Positions 8,973 through 17,017 of a DNA stretch of 22,777 nt are shown here, piece by piece. Where the stretch lies: contig CAJWCD010000049.1 of the NCBI GenBank assembly GCA_913020725.1, positions 1-22,777 on the forward strand, written 5' to 3'. How positions within the stretch are numbered: position 1 is the first letter of the stretch; each line of letters starts with the position of its first letter. The translations under genes and the position numbers were made by a program. This DNA comes from an uncultured Pseudomonadota bacterium. Its GTDB lineage: Bacteria > SAR324 > NAC60-12. The notes under the pieces are model-generated. The model ran no database searches and had not been told where the DNA came from. It was given only the letters and a program-made list of their open reading frames with translations.

Positions 8973-10082
8973 ATGGGCATCACAGACATTCTTGTGATCG
9001 GTGGAGGCATCATTGGTGCGTCCGTGGCCTATGGCGTGGCCGAACGAGGGGTACGGGTGGCGTTGCTGGATCAGGGGGGCAGCGCACCCAACGCCTCGCG
9101 GGGGAACTTCGGACTGGCGTGGGTGCAGGGCAAGGGGCTGGGGATGCCGCGCTATGCCGAGTGGAGCCTGGAAGCCGCACAGGCGTGGCCCGAATTTGCA
9201 ACGCACTTGCGGGAGCAAACCGGAATATCGACGGATTATCTGCGACCCGGCGGTTTTGAGGTCTGCTTGGGCGAGAAAGCATGGAAAGCACGGGAAGCGT
9301 CAATCGTTCAGATGCGCCGCGAGTCCGCGACCGGAACCTGCGACTGCGAAATGCTGGACCGTCAGGCCATGCAGGAACGAATTCCCAAACTGCGTTTGGG
9401 TGAGGCCGTTTCTGGAGCCTCGTTCTCTCCGCACGATGGCCACCTGAATTCGCTGGCGCTGCTGACTGCGCTGCTGGCCGCCAACCAGAAAATCGGAGTT
9501 GTCCATCATCCGGAACAGCCCGTGAAGTCGGTTTCCTTCCAGAAAGGCAGCTTTGAGGTGCGGACGTCCACGAAACATTTTTCTGCACAAAAAGTGGTGC
9601 TGGCCTGCGGCTTGGGGATCAAACCCTTGGCGCGGCAGGTCGGGTTGGAGATTCCGATTCGGCCTCAGCGTGGACAGATTCTCGTCACCGAACGCACACA
9701 TCCTCTCTTGGAGCAACCGTTTGTCACCATCCGGCAAACGCAGGAAGGTTCCTTCCTGTTCGGGGCATCCCACGAGGAGGTCGGCTTTGACACCGGAACC
9801 ACGCTGGAGGAGATGCGCCGTTTGGCGGGCCACGCCGTTCAAGTGTTCCCGGAACTCGCAAGACTGCAACTGGTGCGCTGCTGGGGGGCACTGCGCATCC
9901 TCACTCCAGATACCAAGCCCGTCTATGTCGAGTCCGAGTCGTGTCCGGGAGCCTTCGTGGTCACGTCCCACAGCGGTATCACTCTCGCCCCGCTCCATGC
10001 GCAGCGGCTTTCGGAATGGATTGTGGAGGGCGTTGCCCCGGACGGTTTCGAGCAGTTCCATCCCCGGAGGTTTGATGCTTAA
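8973..10082 (+). CDS. FAD-dependent amine oxidoreductase, DAO family (HcnC/opine oxidase subunit B-like)
   Basis: ILVIGGGIIGASVAY Rossmann motif, ASRGNFGLAWVQGKG, PQRGQILVTER, WGALRILTPD, HSGITLAP. Confidence 0.88.
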   Translation: MGITDILVIGGGIIGASVAYGVAERGVRVALLDQGGSAPNASRGNFGLAWVQGKGLGMPRYAEWSLEAAQAWPEFATHLREQTGISTDYLRPGGFEVCLGEKAWKAREASIVQMRRESATGTCDCEMLDRQAMQERIPKLRLGEAVSGASFSPHDGHLNSLALLTALLAANQKIGVVHHPEQPVKSVSFQKGSFEVRTSTKHFSAQKVVLACGLGIKPLARQVGLEIPIRPQRGQILVTERTHPLLEQPFVTIRQTQEGSFLFGASHEEVGFDTGTTLEEMRRLAGHAVQVFPELARLQLVRCWGALRILTPDTKPVYVESESCPGAFVVTSHSGITLAPLHAQRLSEWIVEGVAPDGFEQFHPRRFDA

Positions 10083-10371
10083 ACGACGCTGGCCCCCGCA
10101 GGGCAAGGCGGTGACGCTCTGGTTCGAGGAGCAGCCAATTCTGGCGCATGAAGGCGAAAGCGTGGCAGCGGCGCTGCTGGCCGCAGGTGTGGATTACTTG
10201 CGCAGTGCTCCGGTCAGCGGGACGGCCCGCGCGCCCTACTGCTGGATGGGTGTGTGCTTCGAGTGCCTGCTGGAAATTGACGGGCAACCCAACCAGCAAA
10301 GTTGCCTGATCGCCGTCCAAGACGAAATGCGCATCCACCGCCAGCCGTCGAGCATGGGGGAACCATCATGA
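10075..10371 (+). CDS. Small [2Fe-2S] subunit (HcnA-like), 98 aa
   Basis: True start is the ATG at 10075 inside the listed 9553..10371 ORF. GESVAAALLAAG, PYCWMGVCFECLLEIDG...SC give four Cys ligands. Overlaps both neighbours. Confidence 0.88.
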   Translation: MLKRRWPPQGKAVTLWFEEQPILAHEGESVAAALLAAGVDYLRSAPVSGTARAPYCWMGVCFECLLEIDGQPNQQSCLIAVQDEMRIHRQPSSMGEPS

Positions 10372-11768
10372 GCAAAACTTATGATTTGGTGGTCATCGGT
10401 GCGGGGCCAGCAGGACTGGCCGGAGCGATGGAAACCGCTGAGCACGGACTCTCAGTGCTGCTGCTGGATGAGCAACCTGAGGCCGGTGGGCAGATTTACC
10501 GCTCGATCCGCACCACCCAACGCCTACGCCCGCAAGCCTACGCCCTGCTCGGCCCTGATTATCAGCACGGGCAAACGCTCGAAAGTGCCTTCCAGCAGTC
10601 CGGAGTGGCCCACCTTTCCGGGGCTTCGGTGTGGCAAGTGGAGCCGGATCGAACGGTGCATTTCCTGCGGGACGGGGAGGTCCATGAAGTCAAGGCCAAG
10701 CGACTGCTGGTGGCGACCGGGGCGCTGGAGCGTCCCGTGCCGATTCCCGGCTGGACGCTGCCCGGAGTGATGGGCGCGGCGGCGGCGGATGTGCTGCTCA
10801 AATCCTCCGGGGTCGTGCCTTCCGGACGCGTGGTGCTTGCAGGAAGCGGCCCTTTGCTGTGGCTGACCGCCTCCCGGCTTGCGGCGGCGGACGTTGAAAT
10901 TCTGGCGGTGCTGGAAACCACAACCTTCATCGCTTACCTCCGAGCCTTGCCGCACCTCCCGCGAGCCTTGCAGGCCAGCGAGTATTTGCTCAAAGGACTG
11001 CGCCTCAAGTGGCAGGTGCGACAAGCCGGGATTCCTGTGCATTCCGGGATTTGTGGCCTCCGTGCCGAGGGCACAAGTAAGCTCGAAGCCGTGTGCTTCA
11101 CCCAGCGCGGGCAGCCCCAAATGCTAACAGCGGAAACGCTACTGCTCCACGAAGGCGTGGTTCCGAATACACAACTCACCCGGCAACTCGGTTGCGAGCA
11201 TCGCTGGTACGAATTGCAACGTTACTGGCATCCTCTGCTCGACGAATGGGGCAACACCAGCGTGGAAAGTGTGGCGGTGGCTGGCGATGGAAGTCTTGTT
11301 GCCGGAGCCTTGACCGCCGAAGCCTCCGGACACCTCGCCGCGCTGGAAACGGCCTACCAGTTAGGATCCATTTCCAGCGCACAGCGCGATGCGGCTGCTC
11401 ATTCCTTCCGCAAGGAAATTCGGCACCATCAAGCCGTGCGCCCCTTCTTGGAACACCTCTATCCGCCCAGCCCGGAGACCCTGAATCCCCCGGACGATTC
11501 GACCTTGGTGTGCCGTTGCGAGGAAGTCACGGCGGGGCAGATTCGGCAAGCGGTGTCGTGGGGTGCGGTGGACCTCAGCCAAATGAAAGCCTTCACGCGT
11601 TGCGGAATGGGGCCATGCCAAGGTCGAATGTGCGGGTTGACGGTCGCGGAGATTGTCGCCAAGGCTCAAGGAAAATCCCCCCACGAGGTGGGTTGTTACC
11701 GGGGGCGTCCGCCCCTCAAACCCATCACCTTGGGACAGTTGGCTGGACTGGGTGGCGCTCAAGATTGA
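10368..11768 (+). CDS. NAD(P)/FAD-dependent oxidoreductase with BFD-like [2Fe-2S] domain (HcnB/opine oxidase subunit A-like), 466 aa
   Basis: ATG 10368 (ATGA overlap). DLVVIGAGPAGLAGA, GGQIYR, ATGALERPVPIPGWTLPGV, VCRCEEVT, TRCGMGPCQGRMCG, RPPLKPITLG. Confidence 0.9.
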   Translation: MSKTYDLVVIGAGPAGLAGAMETAEHGLSVLLLDEQPEAGGQIYRSIRTTQRLRPQAYALLGPDYQHGQTLESAFQQSGVAHLSGASVWQVEPDRTVHFLRDGEVHEVKAKRLLVATGALERPVPIPGWTLPGVMGAAAADVLLKSSGVVPSGRVVLAGSGPLLWLTASRLAAADVEILAVLETTTFIAYLRALPHLPRALQASEYLLKGLRLKWQVRQAGIPVHSGICGLRAEGTSKLEAVCFTQRGQPQMLTAETLLLHEGVVPNTQLTRQLGCEHRWYELQRYWHPLLDEWGNTSVESVAVAGDGSLVAGALTAEASGHLAALETAYQLGSISSAQRDAAAHSFRKEIRHHQAVRPFLEHLYPPSPETLNPPDDSTLVCRCEEVTAGQIRQAVSWGAVDLSQMKAFTRCGMGPCQGRMCGLTVAEIVAKAQGKSPHEVGCYRGRPPLKPITLGQLAGLGGAQD

Positions 11769-12826
11769 CGGTCGAGGGCGAGGTAGTCGGTCAGTTCGGC
11801 GAGTTGCTTACGGGCGGGAACGTCCGGGAGGGTTTCTAGGGCACAGCGGGCGGTTTCGGCATGTTCTCGGCAGATTTGCCGCACCGCATCCAGTGCCCCG
11901 GAACCCTCTGCTTTTTCGATGCACCACGCGATGTCTTCCGGACGAGTCTGCTCCGGTTCGGCGAGCAGGGTGTTGCGGACGCGCTCCGTGTCTGACGAGG
12001 AAAGCCGTTCCAACATTTCGATGACGATGAGGGTGCGCTTGCCCTCCGCAAAATCCCCGCCGCGTTCCTTGCCATAGCCGCCTGCCCCGGCGCTGGGCGA
12101 CTGATGTTCGCTGTCCGCTGTGAGGTTGAGCAGGTCGTCCCGAATCTGAAAGCCCATCCCCAACGCCCCCCCGAAACTCCCGATCACTTCCAATTCCGAT
12201 GCGGACGCTCCCGCGATCAAGGCACCGCACTGGCACGGCCCGCGTCCGGAATACCACCCCGTCTTGCGCACGATCATTGCGTGGTACTCCTCGCGGGTCG
12301 GAAAGCGGTTTTGCGCGACCCAACCGATGTCGAGCGCCTGCCCCTCGAAGGTGCGGTTCATCACGGCGGAGAGGTGCCGATGCACTTGCAGGGCGAGTTT
12401 TGGTCCAAGGGTTTCGTGATTATCAAGCAGGGTCACGTGGACGAGGCCGTGCATCGCGTCCCCCGCGTTGAGCGCAAGCGGAATTCCGTGGATGCGGTGC
12501 AGTGCGGGTTGCCCCCGTCGAGTGTGCGAGCTGTCCTCGATGTCATCGTGGACGAGCGCGAACTGGTGGAACAATTCCAGCGCAACCGCCGCAGTCAATC
12601 CGTCCTCTGGATTTCCGTCGAAGAGTTCGCAGCCGAGCAGCAGCAGTGCCGGACGAAAGCCCTTCCCGCCCCGTGAGGGGTAGTCCCGCATTAGTGGATA
12701 GAGGTAGTCCGTGTCGGAAGTTTGCGGGATGCGGCGCAGCACTGCGGCGGTGACGGTTTGCCCGACAAGTCTCAGGTATTCCGTGACTCCAGAAGTTGCG
12801 GAAGCGCGAGGTAAAGCGATGGTCAT
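11759..12826 (-). CDS. Polyprenyl diphosphate synthase, probably short-chain (FPP/GGPP, IdsA-like)
   Basis: GGKGFRP, first Asp-rich motif FALVHDDIED..RRG, GQALDI, RKTGWYS, second motif FQIRDDLLN, D..EGKRT. ATGA overlap with the upstream gene. Confidence 0.9.
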   Translation of the reverse strand: MTIALPRASATSGVTEYLRLVGQTVTAAVLRRIPQTSDTDYLYPLMRDYPSRGGKGFRPALLLLGCELFDGNPEDGLTAAVALELFHQFALVHDDIEDSSHTRRGQPALHRIHGIPLALNAGDAMHGLVHVTLLDNHETLGPKLALQVHRHLSAVMNRTFEGQALDIGWVAQNRFPTREEYHAMIVRKTGWYSGRGPCQCGALIAGASASELEVIGSFGGALGMGFQIRDDLLNLTADSEHQSPSAGAGGYGKERGGDFAEGKRTLIVIEMLERLSSSDTERVRNTLLAEPEQTRPEDIAWCIEKAEGSGALDAVRQICREHAETARCALETLPDVPARKQLAELTDYLALDRQS

Positions 12827-14301
12827 GAACCGAGGCGTTGAAGCTGTGGAATCCGGAAGGTTTCCTGAATGCGTCGGTTGGCAGATTCGAGAGCGCGGGC
12901 AGGTAGGATGAGTCGCCGACGGTCGGCTCCGGGGCGTAACCGGATGACATGATACTTGCCCTGTGGTTGCTGAAATGCTTTATGAACGGCCTCCAGTCCG
13001 GAAACGTCGAGGCCGTTGATTTGCTCAACCACCTCATGCGAAAGGTCTTGATAGCCAAGATTGATCGCATCCGGAAGCACATGCGTGAGCAGCACAACGC
13101 GCTGGGAGGGGGTTTCCAAAGCGGCGTGTTCGAGTGCCTTGTAGAGTCGCAGGCGCAGGGGGGCCCGTTTGCTCCATTCGCTCCCCCACGAGCGCAGGTA
13201 GTTGAGGGAAAGTTCCTGAAAAAGCAGCCCGCCTTGGACGAGGTAATGCGGCGCGGCACCAGCAGGTTCGCTTGGCACCAACGCCTGATTTGGCTCAAAA
13301 GGGCGGACGGTTGCGGTGACAGTTTGCTCACGCCCGTTTCGCCAGATGCGAAGCTCAATCGCAGTGCCCAGCGTCAGTTCCTCCAGAAAGAGGGCATCGA
13401 AGAGGACGGAACCCCAAACCGGATGTTTGATCTGTCCGTCGGCGTTGAGTGTCCATGCTCCAAGCTGCGTGAGCAAATCACCCGGACGCAGCACCTGCGA
13501 CCCCGTGCCAAACGGCAAAATTCGGGTGATCCAGATGCCCACTGTAGCAGCGGGAATCCCCGCGTGGTTGGTCACACTGGGTTGGGGGACGCGAGTCCAC
13601 AAAAAACCCCGGTGCGTGAGGGCCGAGTTGGGATTGCTGGGTGGATGCTCCAGAAACTGCTGCAAGTGCGTGGCATGAAGAACGCTCCACGTTTCATCAG
13701 TCTGCTTCAAGGCGAGACCGATCACACGACCCTCTTGCAAGACGGGCGCACCGGCAGGCCCAGAATCCTTCACGTCCTGAACTTGCAGCACCGGAATCCA
13801 CGTTTCGGTGCGCAGGCGATAGCCCACCTTCAATTCATCCAGCATCCCCGCCTGCTGCTCCCACCGGTCCGGAGCCTTGGCAGTGGCTACCTGCACTTCT
13901 CCCTTCTGAGCCTTGCCCCAACCCGGAAACTCGAGTCCGGACCAGAAGGCGTTGTCCTCAACCTCCAGCAGCGCAAGGTTGAGGGCATCGTCGGTGCGTA
14001 GTACGGTGGCTTTGGACGGGTAGCGATCTCCCGGACGATAGACCTCGACCAATGTGTGTTCGGCAACGAGTTCTGCGGTGGTCAGCAACCGCTGATTCGG
14101 TGTGACCAGTGCGAGTCCGGTTTGCCGACGAACGGGCTTGCGGTTCCACGGCATCTGCCAGTCGTAGGGCTGTTGATACACGCGCAGGAAGACGGCGTGC
14201 TGCACCTCGGTGGCGGAAACCGTTGTTGCCGCGAAACCCATCAGTAGAAGTCCAGAAATCAAAAAGATGGAAGCAAGCGGTCGCTTCCGAAAAGTGTTCA
14301 T
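12823..14301 (-). CDS. Deg/HtrA-like protease homolog, predicted catalytically inactive, with PDZ-like domains
   Basis: Signal peptide; colinear with the upstream protease over its whole length, but the triad positions read TTAELV (E77), NLALL (N108) and GPAGAP (A183). Confidence 0.82.
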   Translation of the reverse strand: MNTFRKRPLASIFLISGLLLMGFAATTVSATEVQHAVFLRVYQQPYDWQMPWNRKPVRRQTGLALVTPNQRLLTTAELVAEHTLVEVYRPGDRYPSKATVLRTDDALNLALLEVEDNAFWSGLEFPGWGKAQKGEVQVATAKAPDRWEQQAGMLDELKVGYRLRTETWIPVLQVQDVKDSGPAGAPVLQEGRVIGLALKQTDETWSVLHATHLQQFLEHPPSNPNSALTHRGFLWTRVPQPSVTNHAGIPAATVGIWITRILPFGTGSQVLRPGDLLTQLGAWTLNADGQIKHPVWGSVLFDALFLEELTLGTAIELRIWRNGREQTVTATVRPFEPNQALVPSEPAGAAPHYLVQGGLLFQELSLNYLRSWGSEWSKRAPLRLRLYKALEHAALETPSQRVVLLTHVLPDAINLGYQDLSHEVVEQINGLDVSGLEAVHKAFQQPQGKYHVIRLRPGADRRRLILPARALESANRRIQETFRIPQLQRLGS

Positions 14302-15794
14302 AAGCCAGTTTTCCGATGTAGCCGCTTGGTTTCGGTGATGCCATAGGTCCGGAGAATTGCATCGTGTTCTGATGCAATCTCGTGTCGGTTCAGTATTACG
14401 GGCACTGGATTCCAGTGGCTGGTGAAGACGAGATGTTCGGTTTCGGATGGAAGCGAACGCAGCAGCGAGTCGAGGTGAGCCAGCGACTGCACGGGGGTGT
14501 TGTTGAATTGATCGAGGACGAAGTTGCGTAACTCCGTGTAGCCGGAATTGCTCGAAGCAGGCAGCACCCGAGCCAGCACGACCCGCTGCTTGCGGCGCGT
14601 GTTGGGCTGCTCGATTTCTCGGTACCAGTGTTCGTAGGCAAGCACGGGATGCAACTGCTCCTGCGCTTGCAGGTAGTTGCGGGTGAGCGCAACAAAGACC
14701 AGTCCACCGTGAATCAGGTACTCCGGAAGTCGGTCATAGCTGTTGCGCACCTCGTGTCCAAACGGCGGGGGCTTGAGTGTGAGAGCAACGGTTTGGCGCT
14801 GGTGGTCACGCCAAATCACAAAGCTCAGTGTCTCTCCCACCTGCCGACCTTCGGCGACAATGTAGAAATCAACGAGCAGCGCTTGATGATGCACCATACC
14901 CGCGAGGTCGATGGGCAAGCCCTCGATTTCCAGCAAAACATCGTCTGCCTGCAAGACGCCCGCTGCCGAAGAGCGTGAGAGGATGCGGTCCACATGGACG
15001 CCACCCGCTCCTTCCGGGAGACCAAGGAAGGCTCGCTCGTTGCGGTTGAGCAGGGTGCTAGTTTGGATGCCGATTTCTGGAACACCGTCGTAGGAGCCGT
15101 CCTCAAGGTCGCGCAAAAACCGTTGGATGAGCGGCACCGGAATGAAGTAACCGACATCGTTGAGCTTGAGGTTGGACTGAAACGCGACCCCGACGACCTT
15201 ACCCTCTTGGACCACCGGGCCTCCGCTGTTGCCGGGATTGATCGCGGTGTCTGTCTGAATGAGCAGGTGTGAGTCCACTCCCGGATGGACATAGGTGCCG
15301 AATTCGATACGCGACACCACCCCTGCGGTGTGCGACAATTCCTCTCCGCCGAGCGGATACCCGTAGGCTTGAACACGACTCTGAAGCACTGGGAGTCCTC
15401 CGAAGGGCAGCGGTGTCAATCCTTCGTAAAACGAGGGATCTTCCACCTGAAGCAGTGCGAGGTCGGAGTCATGAGCAACTGCCATGACTTTAGCGATGAA
15501 GGGTTCGGGAACTGAAGGTTTGTGAACCAACAACATCCGGGAATCACTGACCACATGCGCACTGGTGAGGATTAACCCCGGTTCCACAAGGAAGCCTGTG
15601 CCTGTGCTAGGCTGCGGAGGCTTCATGCGCCACGGGGCGTTCCAGTTCGGACTCTGCTGGTAGTTCGTGAGGCGCACCACGGCCTGTTCCACCGTCTGCC
15701 GCTCGCGAGGTGCGGCGTGGAGTGGCGAGGCGGCAATGATGAAAAGGCTAAGCAGAAGGGCTAGGCGCATTGGGAAACGCTCAAATCTTCTCAT
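14298..15794 (-). CDS. Deg/HtrA-family trypsin-like serine protease with PDZ domains (plant Deg2-like architecture)
   Basis: Signal peptide; intact triad TSAHVV (H80), SDLALL (D111), INPGNSGGP (S190); PDZ-like region; C-terminal PEYLIHGGLVFVAL. SD GGAGG upstream of ATG 15794. Confidence 0.92.
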   Translation of the reverse strand: MRRFERFPMRLALLLSLFIIAASPLHAAPRERQTVEQAVVRLTNYQQSPNWNAPWRMKPPQPSTGTGFLVEPGLILTSAHVVSDSRMLLVHKPSVPEPFIAKVMAVAHDSDLALLQVEDPSFYEGLTPLPFGGLPVLQSRVQAYGYPLGGEELSHTAGVVSRIEFGTYVHPGVDSHLLIQTDTAINPGNSGGPVVQEGKVVGVAFQSNLKLNDVGYFIPVPLIQRFLRDLEDGSYDGVPEIGIQTSTLLNRNERAFLGLPEGAGGVHVDRILSRSSAAGVLQADDVLLEIEGLPIDLAGMVHHQALLVDFYIVAEGRQVGETLSFVIWRDHQRQTVALTLKPPPFGHEVRNSYDRLPEYLIHGGLVFVALTRNYLQAQEQLHPVLAYEHWYREIEQPNTRRKQRVVLARVLPASSNSGYTELRNFVLDQFNNTPVQSLAHLDSLLRSLPSETEHLVFTSHWNPVPVILNRHEIASEHDAILRTYGITETKRLHRKTGL

Positions 15795-16407
15795 GCTGCG
15801 CCTCCAACTGCTGCGTTGAGGTGATGCAGGTGCCGAGGTCTTTCAGGATTCCATTGTTGATGTTGTAAATCCATCCGTTCACAGATAGTTCAACTCCGGC
15901 CTTCCAAGTGTTTTGCACAATTGTGGTGTTGCAGACGTTCTTAACCTGCTCGATCACGTTGAGTTCGCAGAGCAGGTCGGACTTCTGCTCTTGATCGAGT
16001 CCGGCGAGTTTGGTGGTGTTGAACCGGATCACGTCTTTGATGTGCCGGAGCCAGTTGTCGATCAGACCGTGATCCTGATTCTCCATTGCGGCCTTGATGC
16101 CCCCGCACCCATAGTGTCCGCAGACGATGATGTGCTTCACCTTCAGAATCTCGACAGCATACTGGATGACCGACAGGCAGTTCAGGTCGGTGTGGACCAC
16201 CAGATTGGCAATATTGCGGTGAACAAAAACTTGCCCTGGAGGCAGGCTGACGATCTGATTCGCGGGAACTCGGCTGTCGGAACAGCCAATCCAGAGGTAC
16301 TCCGGTGCTTGCTGCTGGGACAGCATGGAAAAAAATCCGGGATCCTCCTCCTTGACCGCAGCGGCCCACGCTCGGTTCCTCTCAAACAAGTACTCTAGGG
16401 TTTTCAC
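15781..16407 (-). CDS. can: Beta-class carbonic anhydrase
   Basis: YLWIGCSDSRVPAN, FVHRNIAN, CGHYGCGG (Zn ligands C, D, H, C), LCELNVIEQV, GWIY; very like E. coli Can. Confidence 0.95.
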   Translation of the reverse strand: MKTLEYLFERNRAWAAAVKEEDPGFFSMLSQQQAPEYLWIGCSDSRVPANQIVSLPPGQVFVHRNIANLVVHTDLNCLSVIQYAVEILKVKHIIVCGHYGCGGIKAAMENQDHGLIDNWLRHIKDVIRFNTTKLAGLDQEQKSDLLCELNVIEQVKNVCNTTIVQNTWKAGVELSVNGWIYNINNGILKDLGTCITSTQQLEAQHEKI

Positions 16408-16450
16408 GTTTGGTCACCCTTTGGCAAGCAGGGTTTGCCGAGGCACGGCT

Positions 16451-16825
16451 TTAATTGTTGTCGGTTTCGTAAGCCAGCTTCAGGGAAGCAGCAGCGGTAC
16501 GCAAGCGTTTGTCTTGGGTCCAGAGGCGAGTTGGCGAGGTTAATGCTGTAGCGGCCATCAGATGTGCGTCAATGTGCCCGATTCCCCGACCCATCAACTG
16601 GTGTTGCTCAATGCAGCACAAGACTTCGGCATCGGTAGCAGAGGAAACCTTGGGTAAATCCTGAAGCATGGACAACACTTCGATTCGGTTCTTGAGATTC
16701 CCACATGCCAGTTCACCAATTACAAAGGGATGGATCACAACCTCATTGCGATTGAGCAATGACACCAAGTTTGGATGGCCAACTCGAAGGTGATCAATCC
16801 AGACGGACGTGTCAACTAGAACCAT
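16451..16825 (-). CDS. vapC: VapC PIN-domain ribonuclease toxin (124 aa)
   Basis: Start ATG 16825. MVLVDTSVWIDHLR, VIGELACG, GIGHIDAHL, LWTQDKRL: the acidic PIN active-site residues are retained. Confidence 0.9.
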   Translation of the reverse strand: MVLVDTSVWIDHLRVGHPNLVSLLNRNEVVIHPFVIGELACGNLKNRIEVLSMLQDLPKVSSATDAEVLCCIEQHQLMGRGIGHIDAHLMAATALTSPTRLWTQDKRLRTAAASLKLAYETDNN

Positions 16826-16830
16826 GTCGA

Positions 16831-17017
16831 TCAGGATTGCCGACGAGGGGTTGTTTGTAATTGAGGCTCGCTCCCCCCAAACGTGCCAGTCTGCGGGCAC
16901 TCTCCCGTTCAATCAGGGCGCCAGCCCCTCTCGGACAAGGGCTGTTTTTTCCGCCATTCCTGTGATTTGTTGGGCCTGAGTCAGCAGTTCATCATCAATG
17001 TTTAAGGTAGTTCTCAT
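16831..17017 (-). pseudogene. vapB: VapB antitoxin, disrupted by two single-base deletions
   Basis: Not in the ORF track. ATG 17017 gives MRTTLNIDDELLTQAQQITGMAEKTALVREGL and then a premature TGA (16913-16915). Adding 1 nt near 16921 and 1 nt in the C6 run 16873-16878 restores xALIERESARRLARLGGSEPQLQTTPRRQS-stop (16831-16833), 5 nt before the vapC ATG. Confidence 0.85.

Noticed and set aside
9553..10074. N-terminal 174 codons of the listed 272-aa ORF
   Set aside because: Out-of-frame overlap with the HcnC-like gene; only the part from ATG 10075 resembles a 2Fe-2S subunit.
8973..11768. Calling the trio hydrogen cyanide synthase hcnABC
   Set aside because: The family is shared with opine and imino-acid dehydrogenases; gene order is C-A-B and the context is catabolic. 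Specificity cannot be assigned by eye.
16423..16439. Intrinsic terminator after vapC
   Set aside because: Short GGCAA/TTGCC stem with no U-tract on either strand.
16826..16912. N-terminal extension of VapC in the ORF track
   Set aside because: This is the frameshifted vapB 3' half read in the vapC frame; the PIN domain starts at ATG 16825.
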